A stretch of 64,000 bases of DNA from an uncultured Clostridia bacterium (GCA_944381145.1 CALWJZ010000001.1:65125-129124); one strand, 5' to 3'; shown: positions 52,009 to 62,491, numbered from the stretch's first letter. Numbers and translations are program-made. The notes: generated by a model from the sequence alone, not told the origin.

Positions 52009-54327
52009 ATGAAAAAAAAGAAATTTTTAAGTATTTTTTTAATAACAATTTTAAGTATAATTATAATTTTATTAGGTGCAATATTTATTTTCATAAATAT
52101 GACGATAAGCAGTGTTAAAAATTTAGATATATCATTAACAAACAATGAATTAAATTATTCTCAAATCTTTGATAAAAATGAAAATGAACTTCAGTATTCA
52201 GAAAATTTAAAAGATAATTACATAAAAATAGAAAATATTCCAGAATATACAAAAAACGCATTTATATCAATTGAAGATAAAGAATTTTATAATCATAATG
52301 GTTTAAATTATAAAAGAATTATAAAAGCGACATATAATAATTTAAAATCTGGAAATTTAGTTGAAGGTGCAAGTACAATTACTCAACAATTAGTAAAAAA
52401 TAGATTTTTAACTAACGAAAAAACTTTTGATAGAAAAATAAAAGAAGCATATTTAAGTAAAAAATTAGAAAAACAAGAAACCAAAGAAAAAATTTTAGAA
52501 ACTTATTTAAATACCATATATTTTGGAAATGGAGCTTATGGCATAGGAAATGCATCAAAAACATTTTTTAATAAATTGCCACAAGATTTAACTTTAAGTG
52601 AAAGTTGTGTCCTTGCAGGATGCATAAAATCTCCTACAAATTATTCTCCTCTAAATAATTTAGACAATTCAATAAAACGACGTAATCTTGTTTTGGATGA
52701 AATGCTAAATGACAAGGTTATATCTAATGATCAATACAATGAAGCAATTAATGAAAAAATTGATATTAGCAATAGCAATGTTTCAAATAATCTATCTGAA
52801 ATAGATCTATATAGTCAATATGTAATTAATGAGGCTAGTGAAATATTAAATACCAATCCTTATAATGTTTTACATGGAGGATACAAAATAATTACATATC
52901 AAGATGATAAAATTCAAAAATATTTAAATGAAACAATAAACGATGAAAAAAATTACAATATAAATAAATATGGAAATATTGCTGACAGCTTATCTATAAT
53001 AATAGACAATAAAAATTATGGTGTATCAGCTATTGCAGGAAAAAGCAAATATAATTTAGTTAATTTCAAAAGACAACCTGGAAGTCTTATAAAACCCATT
53101 TTAGTTTTTGCACCTGCGATTGAAGAAGGTTTAATAAATTCCAAAACGCAAATTCTAGATGAAGAAATAAATATAAATGGCTATGCTCCAAAAAATGTTG
53201 GAAACAAATACTATGGTTACATTAGTGTAGAAGATATTGTTGCAAAAAGCTTGAATGTACCCACAATAAAAATAGCGCAAAAATTAGGTTTAGAAAAATG
53301 TAAAAATTATGCAGAACTAGCAGGAATTAATTTTGCAAAAGACGATAATGGTTTGGCTATTACACTTGGAGGATTAACAGAAGGAGTAACTTTAAAAGAA
53401 ATTACAGATAGTTATTCGGTATTAACAAATTCAGGAAATTATAAAAAAAGCAATTTTATACAAAGAATTGAAAATAGTAATAATATGACAATATATGATA
53501 GAAAAGTGTCAGAAAATAACATATATAACAATGATACTAGTTATTTAATGACAGATATTTTGAAATATGGCGTTAAAAATGGTACTTCTAAAAAATTATC
53601 AAAATTTGATTATGATATAGCAAGTAAAACAGGAACTGTTAATGTAAAAAATACAAATTACAACACAGATGCATATAGTTTAGCATATACTACCGATCAT
53701 GTAATGTCAGTATGGTTAGGAAATTACTCAATGAATAAAGAATATAATTTGGAAGGAAATAATAACGGTGGTACATATGCAACACAAATTATATGTGATA
53801 CTTTTGAAAAAATATATAATGATGAAAAGCCAGAAAGTTTTGTTATGCCAGATAGTGTTGAAAATTACATTATTGATCGAAAAACATTAGAAGAAGATCA
53901 TGAAATTGTACTAGGAGATTATGTTCCCGAACGATATCAATTAAGTTGTTTAATGTCAAAAAGATTTGCAACTGATACTCAATCAACAAAATTTACTTCA
54001 ATTGACAAATTTAATTTTCAAATAGAGACATATAAAAATAGTTGCTCTATTTCATTTAATGCAGAAGATTATATAACTTATAATATTTATAAAATATCTA
54101 ATGGAAAATCAAAAAAAATTGATACAGTAAAATCATATAATGGAACTTATTCATATACAGATACTGACATATTAAATAATATTAAATATGCTTATTATAT
54201 TGAAGCAAAAAGTAATTATAGTAATGCATATTATAAAACGGATCCTAAATATATATTTTTAGAAAAAAATTATAATGAATTAATTGATTCAAATGTTAAT
54301 GATAATTTATCATGGTTATTTTCTTAA
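52009..54327 (+). CDS. Class A penicillin-binding protein (glycosyltransferase GT51 + transpeptidase)
   Basis: N-terminal TM. GT51 motifs 'SIEDKEFYNHNG' and 'GASTITQQLVKN'. Transpeptidase motifs 'PGSLIKP' (SxxK) and 'SKTGT' (KTG). An extra ~130-aa C-terminal beta-rich tail. Confidence 0.9.
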   Translation: MKKKKFLSIFLITILSIIIILLGAIFIFINMTISSVKNLDISLTNNELNYSQIFDKNENELQYSENLKDNYIKIENIPEYTKNAFISIEDKEFYNHNGLNYKRIIKATYNNLKSGNLVEGASTITQQLVKNRFLTNEKTFDRKIKEAYLSKKLEKQETKEKILETYLNTIYFGNGAYGIGNASKTFFNKLPQDLTLSESCVLAGCIKSPTNYSPLNNLDNSIKRRNLVLDEMLNDKVISNDQYNEAINEKIDISNSNVSNNLSEIDLYSQYVINEASEILNTNPYNVLHGGYKIITYQDDKIQKYLNETINDEKNYNINKYGNIADSLSIIIDNKNYGVSAIAGKSKYNLVNFKRQPGSLIKPILVFAPAIEEGLINSKTQILDEEININGYAPKNVGNKYYGYISVEDIVAKSLNVPTIKIAQKLGLEKCKNYAELAGINFAKDDNGLAITLGGLTEGVTLKEITDSYSVLTNSGNYKKSNFIQRIENSNNMTIYDRKVSENNIYNNDTSYLMTDILKYGVKNGTSKKLSKFDYDIASKTGTVNVKNTNYNTDAYSLAYTTDHVMSVWLGNYSMNKEYNLEGNNNGGTYATQIICDTFEKIYNDEKPESFVMPDSVENYIIDRKTLEEDHEIVLGDYVPERYQLSCLMSKRFATDTQSTKFTSIDKFNFQIETYKNSCSISFNAEDYITYNIYKISNGKSKKIDTVKSYNGTYSYTDTDILNNIKYAYYIEAKSNYSNAYYKTDPKYIFLEKNYNELIDSNVNDNLSWLFS

Positions 54328-54393
54328 CACAAAATATTGCAATGAATAAATTCAAATATTTTAGTTATATTATATAAGCTAACTCAATTTTTA

Positions 54394-54436
54394 TAAAAAA
54401 AGTATTAAATTTATCTAAATTTAATACTTATTTTTT
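54394..54436. terminator. Bidirectional terminator between the PBP gene and recA
   Basis: AAGTATTAAATTTA (54400-54413) / TAAATTTAATACTT (54416-54429) with an A-run upstream and a T-run downstream. Confidence 0.65.
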
Positions 54437-55421
54437 ATACATGTAATTTATTTTTTATTAATTCTTTTATTTCTTTGTATATATCGTCATTTTCCTGAAG
54501 ATAAATTTTTACATTTTCTTTTCCTTGACCAATTTTTTCTCCATTATAACTATACCATGATCCACTTTTTTGAATAATGTCTAATTCTATGGCCATATCA
54601 ATAATGCAACCTTCATTATTAATACCAGTACCATACATTATATCAAATTCAGCTGTTTTGAATGGTGGAGCTAATTTATTTTTTACAATTTTAACTTTTG
54701 TTTTGTTTCCAATAACTTCCGAACCATCTTTGATAACATCTACTTTTCGAATGTCCATTCTGATTGAAGAATAGAATTTTAATGCTTTACCACCTGTTGT
54801 AGTCTCTGGGTTTCCGTAAATCACACCAATTTTATCTCTTAACTGATTTATAAATATTACACATGCATTAGTTTTATTTACAATTGCAGTTAACTTTCTC
54901 AAAGCTTGACTCATAAGTCTTGCTTGAATGCCCATAAAACTATCACCCATCTCTCCATCAATTTCAGCTTTTGGTGTAAGAGCCGCTACACTATCAATTA
55001 CTACACAATCTACAGCTCCACTTCTAACTAATGCTTCACATATCTCCAAAGCTTGTTCGCCTGTATCAGGCTGAGATATATACAAATTATCAATATCTAC
55101 ACCAAGTCTTTTAGCATATTGTGGGTCTAAAGCATGTTCTGCATCTATAAATGCTGCAGTACCACCTAATTTTTGTGCTTCTGCTAAAATATGTAATGTT
55201 ACAGTAGTTTTACCAGAACTTTCAGGTCCATAAATTTCAATTATTCTTCCACGAGGAACTCCTCCAATTCCTAATGCATAATCTAAAGTTATACAGCCAG
55301 TTGGTATTACATCTATAGACTTTTGAACGTCGTCACCTAGTTTCATAATAGAGCCTTTGCCAAATTGCTTTTCAATTTGAGATATGGCTTGTTCAAGTTG
55401 TTTTTTCTTATTTTCGTCCAT
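54435..55421 (-). CDS. recA: Recombinase RecA
   Basis: 'FGKGSIM', Walker A 'GPESSGKTT', 'FIDAEHALD' and 'VIDSVAAL'. The start at 55421 ([10 protein letters not shown]) with AAAGGA upstream is preferred. The longer ORF start at 55445 lies inside the LexA box. Confidence 0.95.
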   Translation of the reverse strand: MDENKKKQLEQAISQIEKQFGKGSIMKLGDDVQKSIDVIPTGCITLDYALGIGGVPRGRIIEIYGPESSGKTTVTLHILAEAQKLGGTAAFIDAEHALDPQYAKRLGVDIDNLYISQPDTGEQALEICEALVRSGAVDCVVIDSVAALTPKAEIDGEMGDSFMGIQARLMSQALRKLTAIVNKTNACVIFINQLRDKIGVIYGNPETTTGGKALKFYSSIRMDIRKVDVIKDGSEVIGNKTKVKIVKNKLAPPFKTAEFDIMYGTGINNEGCIIDMAIELDIIQKSGSWYSYNGEKIGQGKENVKIYLQENDDIYKEIKELIKNKLHV

Positions 55422-55438
55422 ATAAATTATTCCTTTAT

Positions 55439-55452
55439 TAAACATTTGTTCT
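55439..55452 (-). promoter_or_regulatory. LexA (Cheo/SOS) box at the recA promoter
   Basis: The minus strand reads AGAACAAATGTTTA, beginning 4 nt downstream of the -10 hexamer. It shares the same AGAAC-N4-GTTT form as the lexA box. Confidence 0.7.
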
Positions 55453-55456
55453 ATAT

Positions 55457-55484
55457 ATTATACACAAATTTAAGTAAATTGCAA
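55457..55484 (-). promoter_or_regulatory. Sigma-A-type promoter for recA
   Basis: On the minus strand: TTGCAA (55479-55484), 16 nt, TATAAT (55457-55462). The -35 lies within the end of the upstream cinA-like gene. Confidence 0.6.
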
Positions 55485-56669
55485 ATCATTTTGTTTAAGT
55501 TTTTTTATTAAATAAAATATAGCAGTCTTTGATAAATTCTGAATTAGATTTTCATTACTAATGTTAATTTTGTTTTTATACACATGAATTCCATCAATAT
55601 CTCCTATCGACATATAACAAATATCTGAATTAACAAGATCCCCTAATACAAACAAAACAATATCACAATTATTTTTTTCCAACAATGCGTTTGAAAATTC
55701 GTAAACAGTGTTTACGCTGAATTTTCCATAACTTTTAATAATATTATCATCTATTTGTAAAGAGTTTTGAATTTTATCAAAATCAACAAAAAGAAAACTT
55801 GAATTAATAACATCACTATTAATTAAAGATAATTCTTTTGTAATGTTTCCATATGTAACTGTTTCTGCTAAACATAAATGTTTTTTTTGCAACATTAATA
55901 AATCAATTGCCATTTGATAAATAGAAATATCTTCAAGTGCATAAATAAATTTTTTTAGTTTTGAAATTATACCAGCAATACATTCTTGCAATTCTTTTTT
56001 ATCAATATTATTAGAGTATCTTATATAGATTGTATTATCTAAGTCATCACCCACAATATTTATTTTTATGTCATTAATAAAAAAATATTGTGAAATAATA
56101 GCACGAATATCTTTTTCTAATACTCCAAAGCATTTTATTACTTGATATTCATAATTAATCCCTATTAAATCTTTGATTATAGGTAAAACAAAATTAAAAT
56201 AATTTTGTTTTACAAATTCAAAATTTTCAGGAACAAAAACTAAGTATGTTTGATTTAATTTATACATAAATCCGTTATTATAAAAACTCTCTGAAAATAA
56301 TGGTATAGAATTATTTGGTAACATACACTCCATTTCTTCTTGAATCGAAAAAACTATATTGTGATTATCACAATATTTTTTTAGAGCATTATAACAGTTT
56401 TGATTAATGGATAATTTTTCATTAATTATTTTTGATAAATTTTCTTTGATATTATGATTATATATTGATTTTTCTGTTCCAATAATAAATATAAAATCAT
56501 AATGTTCATCAAAAATATCTTTTAATTTATTGTAATTATTATCAAAATATGAAATAAGAGAAAAATTTTCTCCTATTTCATATAATTTTTTAGATAAAAA
56601 TTCAATAATACTTGTTTGCTCTTCACATTGTATTAAGTTCGAATTAAGTGCAATGCAAGAAATTTTCAT
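55470..56669 (-). CDS. CinA-like protein (divergent; canonical motifs degenerate)
   Basis: It occupies the conserved pgsA-cinA-recA slot and has about the right length. The C-terminal half 'LCLAETVTYGNITKEL..FSVNTVYEFSNALL..DIVLFVLGD' aligns by eye with the CinA/PncC pattern (AESCTGG..vS...a..MA..a..), with the signature residues replaced. Confidence 0.5.
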   Translation of the reverse strand: MKISCIALNSNLIQCEEQTSIIEFLSKKLYEIGENFSLISYFDNNYNKLKDIFDEHYDFIFIIGTEKSIYNHNIKENLSKIINEKLSINQNCYNALKKYCDNHNIVFSIQEEMECMLPNNSIPLFSESFYNNGFMYKLNQTYLVFVPENFEFVKQNYFNFVLPIIKDLIGINYEYQVIKCFGVLEKDIRAIISQYFFINDIKINIVGDDLDNTIYIRYSNNIDKKELQECIAGIISKLKKFIYALEDISIYQMAIDLLMLQKKHLCLAETVTYGNITKELSLINSDVINSSFLFVDFDKIQNSLQIDDNIIKSYGKFSVNTVYEFSNALLEKNNCDIVLFVLGDLVNSDICYMSIGDIDGIHVYKNKINISNENLIQNLSKTAIFYLIKKLKQNDLQFT

Positions 56670-56674
56670 AATAA

Positions 56675-57388
56675 TTAATTATTACTATTTTTTTGATTTG
56701 ATTTTTTAGAAGATGATTTTATAGCCTTTTGATTAGTGCTTAAATCTTTATTACTTTTTGATTGCTCAAATTTTTCATTAGTATTAATTGTATTATCTTT
56801 TTTTTCTTCTTTAAATACACCAAAATTATTAACCAAATATACAATACCAGAAATTATTATCAAACATGATGTAATACCTACAAATACATAAAATACTAAT
56901 GTAAAATATTTCATAAATTCAGTATTTGCTATTGAATCAATATCTCTAAGACCAGCAATTAATAATCCATACATCAATGTAGCATATAAGAAATTAGCTT
57001 TTACTTTTGCAACTTTATCAGCAGCAATAACTTTACCTTTTAGTTGCCCAATTTGTCTAAGACCTGTAACTTCATAATCTCTTAAAATCATTATAAACAT
57101 AACTATTATTCCATAAGGCATAGGAATAATTGGATTTTCTCCTACTATCAAAAGTATTAATCCAGTAGTTGCTAATAATTTATCAGCTATTGGATCTAAA
57201 AATTTCCCCAAATCGGTTATAAGATTATATTTTCTCGCTATATGTCCATCAATTGCATCACTTATTGCAGCAATTATAAATATACCTAGCGCAATAAACT
57301 TTGAATATGGAAATGATAATAATGAAAATACAATAAATACTGGCATTAATAAAATTCTTGTTAATGAAATTTTGTTTGGAATATTCAT
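56675..57388 (-). CDS. pgsA: CDP-diacylglycerol--glycerol-3-phosphate 3-phosphatidyltransferase
   Basis: CDP-alcohol phosphatidyltransferase motif 'DAIDGHIARKYNLITDLGKFLDPIADK'. Multi-TM. A K/S/N-rich ~50-aa C-terminal tail. ATGA overlap with the rimO stop. Confidence 0.9.
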   Translation of the reverse strand: MNIPNKISLTRILLMPVFIVFSLLSFPYSKFIALGIFIIAAISDAIDGHIARKYNLITDLGKFLDPIADKLLATTGLILLIVGENPIIPMPYGIIVMFIMILRDYEVTGLRQIGQLKGKVIAADKVAKVKANFLYATLMYGLLIAGLRDIDSIANTEFMKYFTLVFYVFVGITSCLIIISGIVYLVNNFGVFKEEKKDNTINTNEKFEQSKSNKDLSTNQKAIKSSSKKSNQKNSNN

Positions 57389-58689
57389 ACTTTTTCTCCT
57401 TCTAAATCATAATCTAATTTATTTATTATTTTTATATTATAAAATTCACCTAAATTTAATTTTTGATTTATGTATATAACACTATCAATATTAGGACACT
57501 GACCATAAAATCTACCTATGGAATAATTTTCAAAACTTTCATCAATAATTACTTTAAAATTTTGATTAATATAATTATCAAGCAATTTATTTTGAATTTC
57601 AAATTGTAGTTGAGTTGCAATTTTTAATCTATCGTCCTTAATTGTTTCAGATATTTGATTACTTAAATTATAAGCAACAGTCCCTTCTTCTCTACTATAT
57701 TTAAAGAAACCTACATTGTTAATTTTATGTATTTTAATAAAATCTAAAATTTCATTAAAATCTTGGTCTGTTTCGCCTGGAAAACCCAGGATAAATGTTG
57801 TTCTTAAAACAATATTTGGTATATTTTTCTTTAATTTATTAAATAATTGTTCAATATCATCTTTTGTAGAACGCCGATTCATAGCTTTTAATATTTTATT
57901 TGAAATATGCTGTAATGGAATATCTAAATATTTAACTACTTTATCATTGTTTTTTATTTCTAATATTAAATCATCATCAACTTCCTCAGGATAACAATAT
58001 AATAATCTAATCCATTCTATTTTATTAATTTTTGAAATTTCACGAATTAATTTAACTAACGATTTTTTTCCATAAATATCTATTCCATACTTTGTTATAT
58101 CTTGTGCAACCAATATAATTTCTTTTACTCCTTGATTAGCAAGATTTTTAGTTTCATTTACAAGTATGTCAATAGGAATAGATTTGTATCTACCTCTTAT
58201 ATATGGAATTAAACAATATGTACAAAAGTTATTGCAACCTTCTGAAATTTTTAAATACGCATAATGATTAGGTGTTGTAATAACTCTGCCATGTAAATTT
58301 TTTACATTTAAATTAGTTTTATATAAATCACAAATTATTTGAACAATTTTATCGTTATCTTTAATTTTTACAAACGCATCAACCTCTGGCAAACTAGATT
58401 GAAGATCTTCATAATTGAGTTCATTTATACAACCTGTAACAATTAACTTTTCTAATTTATTAGATTTATATTGAGACATTTCTAATATATTTTCAATTGA
58501 TTCCCTTCTAGCACTTTCTAGAAATGCACAAGTATTTATGAGTATTATATTAGCTTCTTGTGGTTTATTTACTATTTCAAAACCAGCAGATTTTATTTGA
58601 AAAATCATGTTTTCCAAATCAACTCTGTTTTTATCACAACCAAGCGAAATAAATCCAACTTTTTTATTTAAAATATTTTTTTCTATCAT
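57385..58689 (-). CDS. rimO: Ribosomal protein S12 methylthiotransferase RimO
   Basis: 'VGFISLGCDKNRVDLE', radical-SAM 'CNNFCTYCLIPYIRG' and a C-terminal TRAM-like end. ATGA overlap with the ftsK stop. Confidence 0.85.
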   Translation of the reverse strand: MIEKNILNKKVGFISLGCDKNRVDLENMIFQIKSAGFEIVNKPQEANIILINTCAFLESARRESIENILEMSQYKSNKLEKLIVTGCINELNYEDLQSSLPEVDAFVKIKDNDKIVQIICDLYKTNLNVKNLHGRVITTPNHYAYLKISEGCNNFCTYCLIPYIRGRYKSIPIDILVNETKNLANQGVKEIILVAQDITKYGIDIYGKKSLVKLIREISKINKIEWIRLLYCYPEEVDDDLILEIKNNDKVVKYLDIPLQHISNKILKAMNRRSTKDDIEQLFNKLKKNIPNIVLRTTFILGFPGETDQDFNEILDFIKIHKINNVGFFKYSREEGTVAYNLSNQISETIKDDRLKIATQLQFEIQNKLLDNYINQNFKVIIDESFENYSIGRFYGQCPNIDSVIYINQKLNLGEFYNIKIINKLDYDLEGEKV

Positions 58690-61601
58690 TCGTCTAAATT
58701 TTCTCCAAATCTTTCCTCGAATTCCTGTTGAGTAATATATAAAACTCTTCTACCATTATTATCTCCAGGAGACACAAAACCTGCTTTTTCCATTTGCAAA
58801 ACAATTTTATTTGCTTTTGGATAACCGATACCAAAATAAGCTTGTAAAGACGAAGCACTGGCTTTTTTTGCTTTTATGAAATATCTCAAACAATCTTTTA
58901 ACATTGGATCAAAAGATTCGTCTGCACCATTTGAAGCATCAAATCCATCTTTTTTATTAAACATTTGGTCTTCAATTTCTTCATCAAATTCAACTTCGTT
59001 GTTTTCTTTAACAAAATTTATAATTGACTTTAGCTCATTATTATCAATATAACAACCTTGAATTCTATCCATTTCATTTGTACCCTGTGGCAAAAATAAC
59101 ATATCGCCCATACCTAACAAATATTCTGCACCTGAATTCTCAAGTATTGTTTTGCTATCGTTGTATGAATTTACTGCAAACGCAATTCTACTAGGCAAAT
59201 TTGCTTTGATTGTTCCAGTAATAACATCAACAGTTGGCCTTTGTGTAGCTAAAACTAAATGAATACCACAAGCTCTAGATTTTGCTGCTAGTAGCAGAAT
59301 TTTTTCTTCAATTTCTTTTTTTGCCCTATTCATGAAATCGCCTACTTCATCAAAAACCATTACAATATAATACATTTTTGGAATTGCACCACTAATAACT
59401 TCTGGAGTCTCGTTATATTCACTAATTTTCTTTACACCCAAAGAATTTAGCTTTTTGTATCTTCTATCCATTTCATCAACTAACCAACTTAATGCGCTAA
59501 TCGCCTTATCACATTCAGTAATTGTGTTTGGTATTAATAAATGCGGAAGATTGTTAAACAAACTAAATTCAACAGTTTTTGGATCAACCAAAATAAGTCT
59601 TAAATCTTCTGGTGATGCCTTGTATAATAAGCTTACAAGCATTGTATTTAAGCAAACTGATTTACCACTTCCAGTACTACCAGCAACTAATGTATGAACA
59701 AGTTTATCAATACAAGCTACTTTGCAATTGCCACCAATGTCTTTACCTAAAGCAAAAGTAAGAGGAGATTTACTATTTTGGAAATTCGAACTTTCCAACA
59801 TTTCTCTCAATCCTACAGTAATACGATTTTTATTTGGTACTTCAATACCAAAAGCATTTTTGCCAGGTATAGGTACCTGGACTCTGCAAGGACTTTCTAA
59901 CGCCATGGACAAATCATTAATTTTGTTATTAACTGAATTTACAGAAATACCAGGAGCCATTTGTAGTTCGTATCGAGTAAATGTTGGACCTTTGACGGCA
60001 TTAATAATTTTTGTATCAATTTTAAATGATTTTAAAGTATCAACTATAAGTTGACCTTTTTCTGCAATATATTCACTATCATCATCAATATTCGAAGAAT
60101 ATTTTTTTAACAAATCAATAGGAGGCTTTATATATGTTGGTGGTTTTTTATAAATTTTTTGTTGAATTGGTTTAAGATTTACTTTTGGTTCATCAATTGA
60201 AATTTGAACAGGTCTAAATGATGTATTTTCAACAATATTATTATTTACTTCACCACTGTATGCTTTTTTTGCAAGTTCTGGCAAGTTATTTATAGCATTA
60301 TTTATATTTGAATTATTTTTAGAATATAATTCTTGATTTTTTAAGAAATCTTTTTTTGTAAAATTCTCGTCAAAAATATCATTATTTTCACTATTTATAG
60401 ATGAATTAGAGCTTTCTAATTTTTTAAATGGATTTATACCAATGCTTGCTTCTTTTTGATTGTTTGATATTAAATCTAATTTTTCATTTAATTTGCTAAG
60501 TCTATTATTATTTTCATTATTTTGATTTATTAAATTTAAACTTTCTTGCTTTTCAGTAAGTATAGGTTTAACATTATCAAATCCTGGTTTTACTGCCTTA
60601 GTTTCAAATTTCCCTTTTGATATATTCAAATAATCTAATGCTGCTTTCTTTCTTTCTTCATCTTTATCTACAATTTTTGGAGATTCATTTTTTATTTCAT
60701 TATCCGATTTAATATCAATATTTCCAATTGAATTAAATTCATCTTCATGAACGAAAATACTTGGTTTTTTAGAAACATTAATAACATTACTATCAATATC
60801 GTCATTACCAGAAGTATAATTACTTGAATCAAATTGGCTTTCTAATTTTTTTGCATAATCAATTTCTTGAAAACTATTTTCATTAATTGCTTTTTCTTTT
60901 GAAAGTCCTAAAATAGATTTTGCTTCTTTCTTCTCTTCTGAATCATCATCGTCAGAAATAAATATTTCATCTTCTATGTTTTTGGGTTTTTCGTTATTTG
61001 AATTGTTGCTGTCTTGTACTAATTCATTTTCATTATTCTCTTTGACAAGTTCTTTTTTATTAATATCATCATTATTTTCTAAAATAGTTGCTTTTTTATT
61101 TTTGATTTCAACATAAACTCTATCAATTAAAATAGATGTAAAAATAAGTAGAATAATGATTAAAATAATATATGTTGCAACATCAAAAGTCAAATAATAC
61201 AAAGGATAAAGTATAATTCCAAATATTACTCCACCAGCAGTTAAATTACTTTTGAAAGTAGTTGATAAGTAATTAACAAAGTCATTGTCAATATTTTTGC
61301 TTGTTGCTAATTGTAATATTAAAATAAATACAAAAGACCATAATATGGAAAAAATCAAAATTGATTTTGATGTTTTTATGGTTTTATTTAGCATAAATAA
61401 AATACCTAAAATTATAAAAAACAAACAAATCGGAAATATCAAAAGTCCAAAAGTACCTAATATAAACTTAGTGAAGATTTGAAAAAAATTAAAAACTAAT
61501 AAAATTAAAAAAATAGAAAAAACACTTGTTAAAGCTATACCAACCTTTAACTTTTTGTTTTTATTACTAATCTTACTTGTTTTTGTAGGATAAATTGCCA
61601 A
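58686..61601 (-). CDS. ftsK: DNA translocase FtsK/SpoIIIE
   Basis: N-terminal 4-5 TM helices, a long N/E/K-rich linker, motor domain with Walker A 'VAGSTGSGKS' and 'ATQRP', and a C-terminal winged-helix gamma domain. TTG start at 61601 with AAAGGTGA upstream. Confidence 0.93.
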   Translation of the reverse strand: MAIYPTKTSKISNKNKKLKVGIALTSVFSIFLILLVFNFFQIFTKFILGTFGLLIFPICLFFIILGILFMLNKTIKTSKSILIFSILWSFVFILILQLATSKNIDNDFVNYLSTTFKSNLTAGGVIFGIILYPLYYLTFDVATYIILIIILLIFTSILIDRVYVEIKNKKATILENNDDINKKELVKENNENELVQDSNNSNNEKPKNIEDEIFISDDDDSEEKKEAKSILGLSKEKAINENSFQEIDYAKKLESQFDSSNYTSGNDDIDSNVINVSKKPSIFVHEDEFNSIGNIDIKSDNEIKNESPKIVDKDEERKKAALDYLNISKGKFETKAVKPGFDNVKPILTEKQESLNLINQNNENNNRLSKLNEKLDLISNNQKEASIGINPFKKLESSNSSINSENNDIFDENFTKKDFLKNQELYSKNNSNINNAINNLPELAKKAYSGEVNNNIVENTSFRPVQISIDEPKVNLKPIQQKIYKKPPTYIKPPIDLLKKYSSNIDDDSEYIAEKGQLIVDTLKSFKIDTKIINAVKGPTFTRYELQMAPGISVNSVNNKINDLSMALESPCRVQVPIPGKNAFGIEVPNKNRITVGLREMLESSNFQNSKSPLTFALGKDIGGNCKVACIDKLVHTLVAGSTGSGKSVCLNTMLVSLLYKASPEDLRLILVDPKTVEFSLFNNLPHLLIPNTITECDKAISALSWLVDEMDRRYKKLNSLGVKKISEYNETPEVISGAIPKMYYIVMVFDEVGDFMNRAKKEIEEKILLLAAKSRACGIHLVLATQRPTVDVITGTIKANLPSRIAFAVNSYNDSKTILENSGAEYLLGMGDMLFLPQGTNEMDRIQGCYIDNNELKSIINFVKENNEVEFDEEIEDQMFNKKDGFDASNGADESFDPMLKDCLRYFIKAKKASASSLQAYFGIGYPKANKIVLQMEKAGFVSPGDNNGRRVLYITQQEFEERFGENLDE

Positions 61602-61765
61602 TTTTTCACCTTTTATAATATTATACTAAAAGTATATCACATAAAAAAAAATAATTAAACTACTTTTATATGATAAATATTTATTTTATAGAAATTTAAT
61701 TATAAGTATTTATAATACTATTATATTTGACATAAAAAATAGTAAACTAACATCATGGTCCAAAT

Positions 61766-61793
61766 TTTAAAAAAATAAGGCATTAAGCCTTAT
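61766..61793 (-). terminator. Terminator after the deacetylase gene
   Basis: ATAAGGC (61775-61781) / GCCTTAT (61787-61793) overlaps the stop and is followed by a T-run on the minus strand. Confidence 0.55.
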
Positions 61794-62491
61794 TTTATAC
61801 ACTCCGTTACAGTAGTAGGAATTATATTATTTAATTTATAATATTCCAAAATTAATGGTAATGCTTTTAGAGTGTTTTCTGTCGGATGAGCTAAAATAAA
61901 ATCTCCACCATTAATATTAGTTGTCGCTCTTGTATAAATTAAATTTGCGTCTTTATCTCTCCAATCAATAGTATCTTTTGACCACATAATTGTTGAATAT
62001 CCTAAATTTTTGCATGCATCAATCGTAGCTTTATTAAAACTTCCACTAGGTGGAGCGAATAAATTCATATCAATTCCCAAAGTTGTTTTTACTAATTCAT
62101 GATTGACATATATTTCATTATAATTTTGTTCATAATTTAAATATTCTTGATCTTTATGTAAATATCCATGATTACCAATTTCATGACCTCTATTGTATAT
62201 TTCTTTTAACATTTCTGGTTCCTTTTCAACCCACTGACCACCAACAAAAAAAGTGCATTTAATATTATATTTATCTAGTATATCGAGCATATCTTCAATA
62301 TACTCAGTTCCCCAATAAACATTAATCATAATAGAAACTTTATTTGCGTCTTTGTTTCCATTGTAAATTACGTCATCATTTTGATAACTAAAAGCATATT
62401 CATAACTACTTGTACCAATATATAATACCATGCAAGTTAGCATTAAAATAATAATAATATTTGATACACTTCTAAATGTTTTTACTTTCAT
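61790..62491 (-). CDS. Polysaccharide deacetylase (NodB homology domain), PdaB-like
   Basis: N-terminal TM/signal. 'KVSIMINVYWGTEYIEDMLDILDKYNIKCTFFVGGQWV', 'GHEIGNHGYLH', 'LFAPPSGSF' and 'DTIDWRD'. Confidence 0.8.
   Translation of the reverse strand: MKVKTFRSVSNIIIILMLTCMVLYIGTSSYEYAFSYQNDDVIYNGNKDANKVSIMINVYWGTEYIEDMLDILDKYNIKCTFFVGGQWVEKEPEMLKEIYNRGHEIGNHGYLHKDQEYLNYEQNYNEIYVNHELVKTTLGIDMNLFAPPSGSFNKATIDACKNLGYSTIMWSKDTIDWRDKDANLIYTRATTNINGGDFILAHPTENTLKALPLILEYYKLNNIIPTTVTECIK

Noticed and set aside
732-55445. Longer N-terminal extensions given by the ORF track for thiI (732), rny (2112), the TVP38-like gene (38183) and recA (55445)
   Set aside because: Downstream ATGs (750, 2154, 38261, 55421) have proper Shine-Dalgarno sequences and give N-termini typical of the families. 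The recA extension overlaps its own LexA box.
1605-61482. Other overlapping or antisense ORFs in the track (e.g. 1605-1900, 2078-2368, 2416-2722, 3276-3575, 37627-37866, 38692-38916, 40005-40214, 42358-42612, 45736-46050, 49498-49758, 54577-54774, 57716-57994, 59455-60054, 61285-61482)
   Set aside because: Each lies within a well-supported gene on the opposite strand or in another frame. None has recognisable motifs.
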